From: Octopus sinensis
Lineage: Eukaryota
Length of the DNA: 64,000 bases
Assembly (NCBI RefSeq): GCF_006345805.1
Contig: NC_043002.1
Location: 54,746,001 to 54,810,000 of the forward strand
Direction: 5' to 3'
Shown here: piece after piece, positions 11,125-24,248 of the stretch
Position numbering within the stretch: the first letter of the stretch is position 1
Layout of the letters: each line of letters starts with the position of its first letter
Made by a program: the position numbers and the translations under genes
Notes under the pieces: model-generated
What the model was told of the DNA's origin: nothing
Seen by the model: the letters and a program-made list of their open reading frames with translations, nothing else
Database searches by the model: none

Positions 11125-11135
<11 letters not shown>
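9645..11135. repeat. Near-identical tandem duplication, unit about 750 bp
   Basis: Anchors recur at offsets of 750-752 bp (e.g. CACTGAAGCC at 9937/10688, GATCCCGTTTCC at 10209/10959). Confidence 0.9.
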
Positions 11136-11183
<48 letters not shown>

Positions 11184-11185
<2 letters not shown>

Positions 11186-11587
11186 TAGCAGTATCGCCCG
11201 GCGTTGCTCGGGTTTGTAAGGGAAATAACTATATAAGCATTTTTAGAGAGTTATAGCCAAAAAATAGCAAAGAAAAATGCATTAAAAATGGAAAGAAAAA
11301 TGATGGTAAATTTTTTTTTTTAATCGTTGACTCATCGTAGACATTTTTAGAGAGTTACTTCCCTTATATAATAGCGAAAAAATGCATTAAAATGGAAAAA
11401 AATTATGGTAAATTATTTTAAAAATCGTAGACTCATCGTAGACGCGCGCTAATACCCAGAAGGGCTCGATATGAATCACGACTATAAGACACCCGCTTTT
11501 GGTTACACTGCACCGCAAAATGTGGGAGTAGTTAGGAATCTAAATCGTAGGAGACAGACACACAACTTGACTTTTATATATAAAGAT
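11184..11587 (+). mobile_element. Non-autonomous Helitron/Helentron-like element
   Basis: 5' ACTAGCAGTATCGCCCGGCGTTGCTCGGG and 3' CTTTTATATATAAAGAT, inserted in (TA)n. Confidence 0.6.
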
Positions 11588-12769
11588 ATATATATATATA
11601 TGAAAACAGGTGTAAACAACAAGCTGGTGTATTAGTTTGAAGTGAGAAAATCCTTTACGTTTTGAGTTTATGCCCTTCAACGGAAAGGGATGTAAGAGAG
11701 AATAAAATTAAAAAACTTGTGGATTTAGCGATCAGTCATGGCGATACACACACACTTGTTTGTTTGTGCGTACCAAATGTCTGTCTGAGTTCTTTCGGTT
11801 TCTAACCACAAAGTGAAAATCGGGAAATTATCGAAAGTAGTTGCCATTGGAAAACCAAAAATCAGAATGGTTATCTTTCCGTATTTTGAAACGTGGAATT
11901 CCCCCTCTTCCACAATCGAATAAAAGTTAAAAGGGAAAGGTTGATGGGAGGAGGGAAAAGGTGCCCCCCACCTCCAAATCGTAATTCTCGTTCTTGAAAA
12001 CAGAAAACTGGACAAAGTGGAGGTGAGATGTCTATTTGACATTCCACTTTGTGACCATAAAACGAAAGTATGTCACACACGCACTCACGTGTGTATATTT
12101 GTATATACCCGAACCGTTTTCAAGGAGAAGGGATTGCAGCCTTTGCTATTTCCAGTCGAGGGGAATTGTGGATATTCCCTGTCCAGTCAGTATGAAGAAT
12201 GCTTACAACCATTGGAACAAGAGGGAAAAAGCGAAAGGTAGGTGTGCACTGGATGGGAGAGGCTGCAGAAAGAGCCTGTTGCTGGTTATGGAGCGAGAAA
12301 GGAGGAACACTTACGCTGGAAGCTAGGAGATGATGATGATGAGCAGTGATTTGGCACCCCCTTCTGTTGACCTCCTACTCAGAGGGTCTTTCAGTTCAGG
12401 ATTAAAACCGTCGATCTTTAGATAGAGACTGATGACCTCAATTCCTGTTGGTCGAAACTACATTTACCAAAAGTGAAGGAAGAAAAAGCATCTTTTAGAT
12501 GTTATCAATATCTATAAAGCTGAAATGCGAAAAAGTTGTTTGATTTCTTGGTTATTTGTTTCATTTTGGAACGGGAACGGTTTAAGGGGGGGGGTAGATG
12601 GGGTCGGATTGGGGGCCAAAATTTACACGGAGGGGTGGTAAAATGGGGTGAGCAATGGTGTGAGGAGGGTTGCAAGTCGCTCGGGGCTATCGTTTGGTTG
12701 CCATGGTGAGGAATATGGGAAAAATTAAGTTTTATGGAACAGACAGGTTGCGCTGTTTGAATAATGGTG

Positions 12770-13575
12770 GCTTTTCGTGTTGCTGCAGGGGCTAGTCGCG
12801 GTTATCTTTAATTGTGGGTGTAAAAATTTGGGGAATTTTGGAAAGTGGGGTAAAATTTTTCAACTTTTAAAAAGGGTACCTTTTTGCCCTATTTTTAGAT
12901 TTAATTTTTTTTTCTGTTTGCGTTATTTGGTTGACATGGGTTAAAATGGCATGTGTTAAAGGCCAAAATTTTAGCTTTCATTTGCATTATGAACTGTCAA
13001 AATATACCAGAAAAAAGTATCAAATTTTGCAAAATTTTAAGTAATTTTGAATTATTTTTGTGATTTTATGTGCACGCGTAAAAGTGCAATTATTTTGTCG
13101 ACTTGGCCGCGACCAAGCTTGCTTGGATTATCGATTTTTTTCTCCACTTAATCGTTCCATATTTTTCTACCAATTTGTATTCTGAATTTTTTATGGTATT
13201 TAACATGTAGTTAGAATATATTTTTATAATTAAAACCAATTTTGATGTTTTCCTGACTCAATTGTTTTGGGGTTGAAGATAAGGCTACATAAGGCTTCTT
13301 TCTAATCGCGGGTAAAGTGGGTCTTTTGGGGCGGTCATTAGCGTCGTGCAGCGACGGCGAGCAGCGCGAAGCGCTGCGATGCCATTAGCTATGGAGATAA
13401 GGAGAAAAGAAAGAGTGGAAGAAGATAAAGACGAAGAAAAAATTTTTAAATAAGAAAAAGAAAAAGAAGAGAGCAATAAAAAGAACCAGGCAAAGAAGAC
13501 GAACAAAAGAAGAAAGGGAAAAGGAGACAACACCACCACCAAAACCCGAGCGAAGCACTGGTCGAAATAGCTAGT
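12770..13575 (-). mobile_element. Helitron/Helentron-like non-autonomous element(s)
   Basis: Minus-strand 5' end ACTAGCTATTTCGACCAGTGCTTCGCTCGGG at 13575; short inverted repeats at 12792-12801 and 13107-13117; hairpin CCAAGC-TT-GCTTGG. Confidence 0.45.
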
Positions 13576-13589
13576 CAATATTATATAAA

Positions 13590-13922
13590 TTGATCACACA
13601 CAACTGGTACTCCGCCGGTTACGACGGCGAGGCTTCTAGTTGATCCGATCAACGGAACAGCCTACTCGTGAGATTAACGTGCAAGTAGCTGAGCACCCTA
13701 TAGCCGCGTGTTCCCTTAACGTAGTTCTCAGAGATTCAGCGTGACACTGATTGTGACAAGGCTGACCTCTTTGAAATACAGCTACAACTCATTGTTGCCA
13801 GCCGAGTGGACTGGAGCAATGTGAAATAAAGTCTCTTGCTCAAGGACACAACGCGCCGCTGGGAATCGAACGCGCGACTTTACGATCGTGAGTCGAATAC
13901 CCTAACCACTAAACCACGGGCC

Positions 13923-13928
<6 letters not shown>
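13590..13928 (-). mobile_element. tRNA-derived SINE family 3 (V/Meta-like body)
   Basis: Minus-strand head GTGGTTTAGTGGTTAGG...GTTCGATTCCC then CCTTGAGCAAGAGAC; other copies at about 29180-29350, 39950-40320, 55640-55950. Confidence 0.75.
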
Positions 13929-13969
<41 letters not shown>

Positions 13970-14449
13970 AGGTTGTTTTAGAGGGGATGAGAAGTAGTAT
14001 CTGCAAACTCAAAAATCTCTCCTAACAGTGGCGTAGCGGTGGCGGAGGTTGCGGTCCGGACACGATGGTTACTTGTGTGTGACGAACAAGTTGAAAGTAT
14101 ATTTTACACTTAACGAGTAACTCAAAGTTGATGGTGGTGGTGTTTGATGGCGGCAGTTGATCGTCTGACCGAACTAAAGAGGCTGTTGGTTTTTCCAGAT
14201 TGTTACTGGAATCTGTCGATGCGACTCCAAAGTTATTCTACTCTATGATAAAACTAAAAGCCACGTGCATGTATGTTTGCGTATGTAAGTATATGTGCAT
14301 GTATGTATATCATTAAAGAAATGTAAAAAATTACGGACATTACCAATTCTCATTTTCCCTTTGTTGATACCATCTTCGAAGGAACGCCCAACTATCCTCA
14401 CAATTTAAGGAAATGACGCAACATTTACGTTATCTGGATAAAAAGAAAA

Positions 14450-14860
14450 TTCGGTTAATGTTTACAACTTGACCCAGAAACGAAAATCAAGAAAAAATAG
14501 TGCAATGAGTGTTAAAAAAGGTGTAGGAAACGAATATGAAAAAAAAAAATGCGCGCAAAGCAACGGGAGAGTGGGCAGAGGACCTCGGAAAATTCACAAG
14601 ATCCGAGTTTTCCCTCGTAACTTTTAGGAAAATGGGGTTTTTTTTCAATGAAATTTTATATAAATGCCTTTCAAGCGACATACATTACGATTATAAAGAA
14701 ATTTGTGGGTAAAACCTTTTCCAGGGAGAGGACTTCGGAAAATTCACAAGATTCGAGTTTTTCCTCCATATCTTTTAGGAAAATGGTTTTTTTTTCAATG
14801 ATGTATATAGCTGTATGTATGTATGTATATATATATATAAATAATGCATGTATGTATCTA

Positions 14861-14939
<79 letters not shown>

Positions 14940-15825
14940 GAAACGCTAGCACGGGCGAAATGCGTAGCCGTATTTCGTCTGTCGTTACGTTCCGAGTTCA
15001 AATTCCGCCGAGGTCGACTTTGCCTTTCATCCTTTCAGGGTCGATAAATTAAGTACCAGTTACGCACTGGGGTCGATGTAATCGACTTAATCCGTTTGTC
15101 CCCTCTGTGTTTAGCCCCTTGTGGGTAGTAAAGAAATATATATATATATACAGAGAAAGTAATAACGAGTGAATGAGAATAACGACGGAAGGGTTAGCGT
15201 AAAAATAATTAAAGATAAAATGAAACAAAATTGAAGCCAAAACATTAAAAATTGAAAGTGGGTAGAAATAAACACTACGTAGCATAGTAGTACTATGCTA
15301 GGGTATCTGTAGAAAGATGAATGTGATTTCGGAATATAATTAGGAAAAATTCGGATCTTGGGAATTTTCCGAAAGTCCTCTCCCCACCTGGAGATTTTCC
15401 CTACAAATTACTTTATAATCGTAATGTATGCTGATTGAAAGGTATTTAAACAAAATTTCAATTAAAAGAAAACAAAACATTTTACTAACAATTGCAAGGG
15501 AAAAACTCGGATCTTGTGAATTTTCCGAAGTCCTCTCTCCATACCCCTGGAAAGGATTTTCCCCACAAATTTCTTTATAATCGTAATGTATGCCGTTTGA
15601 AAGGTATTTCTATAAAATTCCATTGAAAAAAAACCCCATTTTCCTAAAAGTTACGAGGGAAAAATTCGGATCTTGTGAATTTTCCGAGGTCATCTCCCCA
15701 CCCTCCCGTTACTTTGCACGCCTTTTTTTTTTTCATATTCATTTCCTACGCATTTTTTTTTTACACCTATTGCACTATTTTTTTCTGAATTTCGTTTCCG
15801 GGTCATGTTGTAAACATTAACCGAA
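14450..15825. mobile_element. Foldback-like DNA element with long modular TIRs and an internal SINE insertion
   Basis: TTCGGTTAATGTTTACAAC ... GTTGTAAACATTAACCGAA; arms of about 350-480 bp built from about 165-bp subrepeats (GGAAAATTCACAAGATCCGAG). Confidence 0.8.
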
Positions 15826-16179
15826 AAGGGTTTTGTTGATGCTATTGTATTCATTTATCTTCTTTTTCTGATGTGATGACCCTTTAAAAAGAAAAACAAA
15901 ACCAAAACGCATGAAATTTAAAATAATGCACATTGCGGAAAATAATACGGAAACTTACGACTTCGTCCAGAAGATATAAAATGCAATATTTGTTTTGCAA
16001 GCAACCTGCAAATGTAATATATACAAATTTATTCATAAATTTATGTGTGCATATTTATTCACCGTTTTATTTTGTTTATATTTAATTTTAATGTCGATTA
16101 GAAACATTACAGCGCGGAATTTTGTTAGTGAACAGTTCGAGGTCTCAAAGCGACGAAAATATTTTGACAAATTAAATTT

Positions 16180-16312
16180 AAATGTTGAAGTGAATCTAAC
16201 GGATTTTGTGTGTTTCTTAAATGGCTTATAAACGCCTTCCACGCTGCAATTGTTTTCGTTCCAGCACACGATCTCAGATCAGGTCACTTGCTATGCAAGT
16301 ACATCTCCGATG
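16180..16312. repeat. Dispersed repeat, an inverted copy of about 7275-7395
   Basis: GCTATGCAAGTACATCTCCG here; CGGAGATGTACTTGCATAGC at about 7280. Confidence 0.75.
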
Positions 16313-16849
16313 TTATTTTCATATCCGTCATATTCTGATTAACAAAAATCTGCTGCGATGTCCTGAAGGCTTTTTATTTTTTTGTGCTATTTTGTGATTT
16401 CATATAATAAATGATATGCTTATATAAATGTTTACAAAGTTGACAGCAACTTCGAAGTTTCGACAGCTGGTAATTTGAAACTTCGAAATCACTGTAACCA
16501 TTTCTTTCTAAAATAAATAAATAAATAAATAAATAAAATAATAAACTAAAATCTGCACGCTACAAAAAAGTATTCAGGACACACACACACATTTAATTGT
16601 GTAAAACTGGTATTTAAAGGGCAAATGCCAAAAATAAGAAAGGTGTAGCTAAAAGTTTGGTTATTTACTTAAATTCTTTGACATAGTTTTTTAATTCCTG
16701 AAATAACAGCAAAACACATTAAGAAGGCACAAACCTTTTTTTTTTTTTTTTTTTTTACGATCGACAACCGCACCCCCTTCGCTAGTTCCGTGTGTGTATG
16801 TGAGAGAGAGAGAAAGAGAGGTGGGGGTGAGTGTTGTTTACTCAGGCAG

Positions 16850-16882
<33 letters not shown>

Positions 16883-17609
16883 CTGTTCTACTATTTTCGG
16901 GTGGCATCATTATCTAAGTTAAGCAGCTTGCAGCTCTTTCCCATCTACCCTCTATCACAAACACAAGCTGACGAGGTCGTGTCTACATGGTGGTTTGATG
17001 TACTAGAAATAGCAGCCAAATCTCCTCTAAACTACACTGACGTTTTAAAGACAGCATGTACATATTGGATAATGTACTCTTTGTTATACTATGTTCAGAA
17101 ATAGGATGGTGTGTCCGTGGCTAGAATGCTTCAATATTACATTTTGAGTAGAATTTGTAGAATTGCTTCGACTGGAATTGGTTTGAACTTGGGGTGTGGG
17201 GAACTTGACCATGAGGACTCTACCTTGGTCAAGTTTGGTAAACCAGTTTCGATTTCACATGGAGAACCCTACTCCATTGGGATGGGATATCTTGACTACG
17301 ACCTAACAACGTTGTGACATCCCTAAAAAGACAGGATGGTCATGGCTGGAACCCTTTTGATCACAGCTTTGCTTAATCTTGTTTGACCTGCGGCTAAACA
17401 ACGCCCGTATGTAGTCACGTTGATCGTCGATTCATTTATCACTGATTTGGAACCAAACCCCCGTGATGAACGAGGATGATGGGCATACCTACACAAGTGT
17501 GCCCTCCCGATTTTGTTTCTTCATAACCTCCAGAAAAATGGATATTTTCTAGAAAAATGGAATTTTCTAGAAATATGCTTCAAATGGTGTAGATTTCGAT
17601 TATATCCCT

Positions 17610-17959
17610 GGGCATGGATTCACTGAAGCTCCGGCGTCTGGCGACGGACTTGGTAAACACCCACAAAGTTGTCAACCACCTCACCAATAACAACACTGAA
17701 CACCTTTTTGATCTCCATGTGTCTAACACACGTGGACATGCCTACAAAGTCAGAAAACAACACAGCTCCCATGACTTTCGGAAATATTTCTTCACGCTCA
17801 GAGTTGCTGAAGCATGGAATAAACTGCCTGCGTCAGTTGTTGATTGCCATGACACTGCATCCTTTAAGGCCCTCATGCTTTCCGAAATCCGTCGAAACTA
17901 CACCTGATTATATATGCACTTTAGATGAGTTGTAGTGCACCTGAGCACTGTACACAATG

Positions 17960-17990
<31 letters not shown>
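17610..17990 (+). mobile_element. CR1-like LINE 3' end (ORF2 C-terminus plus (ATT)n tail)
   Basis: LKLRRLATDLV...TRGHAYKVRKQH...RKYFFTLRVAEAWNKLPASVV; minus-strand copies at about 20310-20550 and 27300-27715. Confidence 0.85.
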
Positions 17991-17996
<6 letters not shown>

Positions 17997-20900
17997 CAGA
18001 ATTTCTGGTGAAACAGTTTTTCCGAGCGCGGGGAGAGGAGTTTCGGACAATACATAGGAGTCGGCTTTGTTTTCTCTAAACTATCCGGAAAATTGATATT
18101 TCTAAATGAAATTTTCTATAAATACGTTTTAGATGGTGTAGATTACAATTGTATCGGAATTTAATATGAAAAGAAAACTGGGGACTCGCACGCATACATA
18201 CTGACACACATTACAAAGTGAAACTTGAAATTTCGGAAAAATATGAGGTGTAGCAATATGTAGGTGTGCGAGCCTAGCATTTTTCCTTCTTTTTTTTTAT
18301 CATATAGAATTCCATTATAATCGTAATCTGGAAAGTATTTGGAGAAAATTTCAGAAAAAAATATCCATTTTTCTGAATGTTTTGAGGAAACAAAGCCACC
18401 TTTTTACGAATTTTCAGAAACTCCTCTCCTCATCTTTGGAAAAATTCCGATTTAATCAGAATGGACATCATTTAAAGCGTATTTATAGAAGATTTCTGAG
18501 AGTTATGAGGAAATAAAGTCAGGAGGGAAGGCAGGCTTGTGTAGGTATGACGATAGATGTACTTTGGCACAACAAACAAACGAGCGAGCCTCTACATGGT
18601 CACACTGCTTGCTAGAAATAGTAGTCAAATCTCACACCACGTTGAATCTATTTGAGAGAAGAAAACATATAGTTGAGTTAAATATAAGATAGGCGAGGTG
18701 GGCACGCATGGAATAACTCAGATCATACATGTGTGCAATAAGGGCTAACCTGTAGCTGAAGAACAACTTAGGAGACACCCAGCATGTGATATAAGAGAAC
18801 GAAACTACTTCATTTCTGCGGAAGTCACGTGACCCATCCTGATTAATTATCCTAATTACTTTCAGACAGGGTTTTATCATGTCTTCTAGCAGAGTGATAC
18901 TCTTGAAACCTTTTTAGTCATTAGAGCGTGGCTAAGCTGGAGCATTGGCTCGGTGGATTTTATTAGATGAAATCAGCCTTATTGTCTTTAACCTTAAAAT
19001 AAAAGAATATTTATTCTTTTGGTGTCTGTTTGACTGAAGCACTAAATTAGGGGATCATAAAGAAACCCTGTTTGTCAATGAATGTCACCTAAAAGCAAAT
19101 TAGGGAGACAAACACGTACACACGTGGACACACAGACACACATGTATCAATTATAATCTATAAGTGTTACTCTTTTTCTCTCTCTCTCCGTTCTCTGTTA
19201 TTTTGGGGTTTATTTTGTTTGATATTTGTTGCCATTTGTGTCTGCGTGTGTGTGTGTGTAGCTTTGGTATCGTCTCTATGTGTTTGTGTGGTCTTTATAT
19301 GTGAGCTGTGTGTGTGTGATATTGTGCAAGTGTTTTCTCCAGAGATACCGTTATTATAAGAATTTTCTATCTGTTAAAGAGCAGAATCATCTGTTGGACA
19401 TTTGCCAACATTATACTGAAAAACAACTCTGCTTTTCGTTATTTTTATTGTTATTGCAAATATATTTCTCTAATTTTTTTTTTTTGTTTTTCTTTTCATC
19501 ACGTATAATCATCATCATCATCGTTTACTGCCTGCTTTCCATGCTGGCATAGGTTGGACGGTTTGATATGGAACTAGTTAGCAGGAAGCTGTCCAAACTC
19601 CAACTGTCTTTTGTGGCATGGGTTCTATGGCTGGATGCCCTTCTTAACACCAACCGCTTGTGCCTAGAGTAGAAAAGATTATTATTATTATCATTATTAT
19701 TATTATTATTATTATTGCAATTATTATTATTATTTCTAAGGCGGCAAGCTGGCAGAATCTTTAGCATGCCAGGCAAAATGCAGAGCTGTGTGTTAGACAA
19801 GTCATGGCATATAATCAGTCACTTCACATCTTCCAAAAGTGTTTCAGTCAAGAGTTAAATTATAATTTACATTTAAAGTCATTATTCACATTAATTAACA
19901 ACAATCAGTATTAACAAATTAGACCTAATTATCAAAAAGATGTCATTATTTAAATAAGTTAAGATGGTGGTGTGGCAGAATTGTTTACATGCTAGGTGAA
20001 ATGCTTAGTGCATTTTGTTAGTCTTTACATTCTGAGTTCTAATTCTGTTGAGGTCGATGTTGCCTTTCATCCTTTTGGGGTCGATAAAATAAGTACCAGT
20101 TATACACTGGGGTCAATGTAATCCCCTGAAATTACTGGCCTTGTGCCAGAATTTGAAACCATTATTACATATTTCCCTGACTGGCACAAAGCTTCCTCCC
20201 CATGCATATTTTATGGAGTATAAATGACAGCTAAGTAACAAGGGCCCTTCTAAAAGGTTAAGTATTTTAACTTCCTTTTCATGTAATGAAATGATAATTA
20301 TGAAATTATTGTGTATAATGCTCAGGTGCACCACAACCCATCAAAGGTGCATGTTCAGTACATAGAATTATGTACAAAAGTCAGGAAAGTGAACAGTGTA
20401 AGAGTCATGATATACATGTGTGCATGTGTATGGAGGGTGGGGGATATCAGGTGTAGTGTTGGCGAATTTCAGGAAGCATGGAGGTTTTAAAGGGTGCAAT
20501 GTCTTGGTAATTAACAACTGATGCAGGTATTTTGAAGTAATGAATGAATAATAAATATTCTCAGTAGATGTCACCTGTTTTGTTCAGGGCTGTGGAGCTG
20601 GAGTCGGAAACAATTAAGGGGTAACTGGAGTCGGAGTCAGTAAAACTATACTGAATCCGACTCCTACTATCTTATAACATATAGGCCCACTCAAAGTATA
20701 AATTTATGCATATGCTTTGAGATATGTAGACCACAATCACTTCATTACATAAAGAGGAGTCGGAGGTGCCAATAGTACAGAAGTCAAAGTTTTTTGTTTT
20801 AATGCCACAGCCCTGGTTCTATTGCAGGTAAATTCCTGACACCCAAGACTGTTTTGCCTCTCTATAAGGCCACCATTAGACCTTGCATTGAGTTGATGTC

Positions 20901-23262
20901 CTCTCTGAGACTCTTCTACTCATCCTTCTCCTCACCCCCTACTAAATGTGAGTAATCTTGCAGCTCTTCTGCAAGAGTCTGTCCTGCTCCCACCATTTCT
21001 CTCTTACTTCAACCCCTCATCCCCCCATAAAACCACCCCACTCCCACCTTTAGTTTCATAGTCTTGCAAGCTACATGGCAACCTCACTAATGCTGGTGCC
21101 ATATAAAAAGCACTCTTTGTATGCACTGGTTGGCATGAAGAAGGGCATCCAGCTGTATAAACTATGATGAAGCTGATATTGAAGCTCGATGCAGTTGTTG
21201 GGTCCATTGGATCCTGTCAAACTGCAACCCAGGTCAGCGTGGAACATTAAATGATGATGATGATGATTCTTTTGCCCCTCAGTGTAGTTAACCCAGCAAC
21301 GGGTGGAGTGTTGGATTATTTGGGATAACCTTAAATCACAGACAGCAGCAGTAGCAGTGGTTTTATCTTTGGAGAATGTAAAAGTGGATTATTATGATTT
21401 CACCATTTTATTCCATTCAAGTCCATTTCAAGTTCTCCAACTTTCTACCAAAGTCAATAACCAGGCCAACTTAGTTCCTGTAAGAATGACCATTCCTAGA
21501 CTACAGCAGCAACAACAGATTCCACAGTTATTGCATCTTGGATTGTTTGGAGTTTGCAGAAATAACAAAGCAAAGAAAAGCAACATAACAGTTATAATCT
21601 TTAAGGATTACTGCTTCTACCATCATTTCTCTTTTATTCTCTCTCTCTTTCTCTCTCCTTTTGCCCTCTCACTCTTTATTTCTCTCCCTCTCTCTCCTTT
21701 CTCTTTCTGCTTTCCTCTGTTTCTCTGTCTTTTTCCCCCTCTTTCTCTGTGTTTCATTCTTTCTGTCCTCCCTCTCTGTTTATTTCTCTTTTCTCTCTCT
21801 TCCTCTTGCCCTCTCTTCCTCTTTCTCTCTCTTCCTCTTCTCTCTTCCTCTTTCTTCCACTTTCCCCCCTCTCTCTAGCAATAACAAGCTAAGTCTTGGA
21901 TCACATCACAGAATACTCAGAGTGAGAAAGAGGTAGAAATACATTTCCTTTCATAGAATTTAATCACACAAAAAAAAAGAAACTCTGTGCAGGGGTGGGG
22001 TCGGGGTGGGGGGAGGGGTTAGTTGAGAAGACCTGTTTGGATTTTGGTGATGCTTGCATGAAACTGGAGTCAGTAAAATTTGAAGAAAAGGGATGAAGAC
22101 TTCCAACTTCAATAATGGTGACGATAAATATGTGATGTGGTGGCTATAAATAGTCACCATAGTCTAGATAAAGGAGATTACAGTATTGTTAATTCACATC
22201 AATGAGATTAGTTTAATTCACTTAATGACTGAGCATAGAATCTCTCCTTACAATTTGCATATTTGGATCATGTGACAATTCTTCTTTGAGATTTACAGCT
22301 TTAATGTAACTACATTCAATAGTTTTCTACTTTATGTATGGGGTGAGGGGGTGTAGGTACCCACAACCACACACACACACACACATTATGAGTTATTATG
22401 AAGGGATTATCAATCTGGGCAAAATACATCTTAATCTCTCTGTTAATACAAATACGCCATGCTAACAAAAGGTTTTCTGATTTGTATAGAACTCCAGGTA
22501 ATCCCAATGCAAGATCAGTCGAAGTCCATCACCATTCGACTTTGTGAATCTAAGGTTTTATTTCCCTATAAATTATGGTCTTTTTCACAGAGTGATATAC
22601 AAGAAAAGGTGTAAATAATGGGCTTTCCACATTCTTTATTTGTGCATTGTAGACTTACATCTGTTTCTGCTATACATTATTGGTGCATTCATAGTTCTGT
22701 TTACTCAATTGGTCAATTGATTAATTGAAAAAAATTGAATGACATTAACAAATATCATCAATTTTTGAAGTTTGAGCACCGATTCTCAGAAACAGCTGTA
22801 AGTCTAAGATGCACAAATAAATATGCAAAGCCCTTTGTTTATACCTCTTGTCCAACCCATGCTAGCATGGACAACAGACATTAAATGATGATGATACCTC
22901 GTTATGGCTTAACCAGCCTCACCGTTTGTTTTTACTGTTTTTCTTCTCACTGTCCTGTTTTTGTTACCAATTTAACCCTCTGTAAAAAAAATCCCAAATT
23001 TTATTTAATTTGCTTTGCGGGAAGGACTATTTTAATGAAGTCACATCTTGTCCCTACCTTCGAAACGCAGAGTAGATAAAACAGGGGACAACTGATGAAG
23101 GGAGTCTTCTTTACGTTGCCTACCTCATTTCTCTATTTGTTTCTTTCATTGTTCGGAAAAAAGTTTGTTTTCTATGCTTTTGTTTTATATGTTCCCATTT
23201 TGATCACGTTTTTTTTTGATGTCCTATACTCATACATGCTTGTATATATGTGTATATATATA

Positions 23263-23311
<49 letters not shown>

Positions 23312-23412
23312 CATACATATATATGTAGGTATGTACATGTATTGTGTATATATATGCATATTTATATTATTATATGATTGAATGCCACGCATCCATTTCC
23401 AAATAAGTTTTA

Positions 23413-23454
<42 letters not shown>

Positions 23455-23727
23455 ATGTATATATATAGTTCAAATTCACAGAAAACAAATGAAGACAGGT
23501 GAAGGAACAAACAACAAGCAGGTGTATTAGTTTAACACTTGGGAAGAATGGAAAAAGCTGTTTTTTTGGGGGTGGGGGCAACTGTGGGATCTCTGGTCGT
23601 GTTTTCCCACTGCTTATAACATCGTAGGAATTGACTTAACTGCCCCCTTCCCCGGGAAATGACTGACCTTGTCTCAGAATTTTAAGCCAATATTTCGATA
23701 ACAAATATATATTTGTCTTTGTTACAG

Positions 23728-24248
23728 ATCTATTGAACTCTGAGCCCTTGATGATGGCCACAACATCTCGTTTCACAGTTTCTCCGGTCGGTGCTAGTCA
23801 ACAGGTCAGCAGGCAGAGCTATTCTGAAGATGACCGACAATGTTACCTGATGCAGATCACCCTTCATCCCGTCTATACAGGCAATCCGAACGAGCCCCTG
23901 CCTCAAATCTGCTACAAACGCCTTCCACGGCTCATTAACGGAATCCCTTTAGGGGCTGGTGTTATCAAGAACAATGAAATGGATCATATCCGCTGGCGTT
24001 ACATTGAAGGGTTAAGTGGGGGAGGGCATGGCACCCAGACTTTCATTTCGGAACCCATGTACCGCGATGAAGCTGAAGATGCTAAAAGAAGCTTTAAAGA
24101 CCGTCTTCTTAAACAATCTCGTTCTGTTTTTGGTGATGTTACTGTGAAAGTGTCTGTCATTCTATCCCAGTGTGTTCACTACGATGAGGAATTTTATATC
24201 AACGATGTTGCTGATACCATTAGTGATGGCTTGCACTTCAGAGATTGA
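23728..24248 (+). CDS. Unrecognised protein in a single coding exon (about 165 aa from ATG 23751/23754)
   Basis: Complex, non-repetitive 171-codon ORF, richer in GC/CpG than its flanks; polypyrimidine acceptor tttgtctttgttacag| at 23727/23728; AT-rich 3' UTR-like sequence after the TGA. Confidence 0.75.

Noticed and set aside
13285-13578. 97-aa hydrophobic minus-strand ORF
   Set aside because: Translation of a pyrimidine-rich tract inside a Helitron-like element.
16446-16490. AACTTCGAAGTT palindrome and 11-bp inverted repeat resembling the family D helix III or a heat-shock element
   Set aside because: No CUGANGA box nearby, and the spacing does not fit a three-unit nGAAn array.
21303-21936. 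191-aa and 91-aa ORFs
   Set aside because: Their length comes largely from (CT)n low-complexity sequence; no domain or splice support.
23055-23105. GAAAC followed by CTGATGAAGGG, a possible permuted (type II) hammerhead
   Set aside because: No helix I pairing, and the only helix II pairing uses up core G8/A9; not supportable from this copy.
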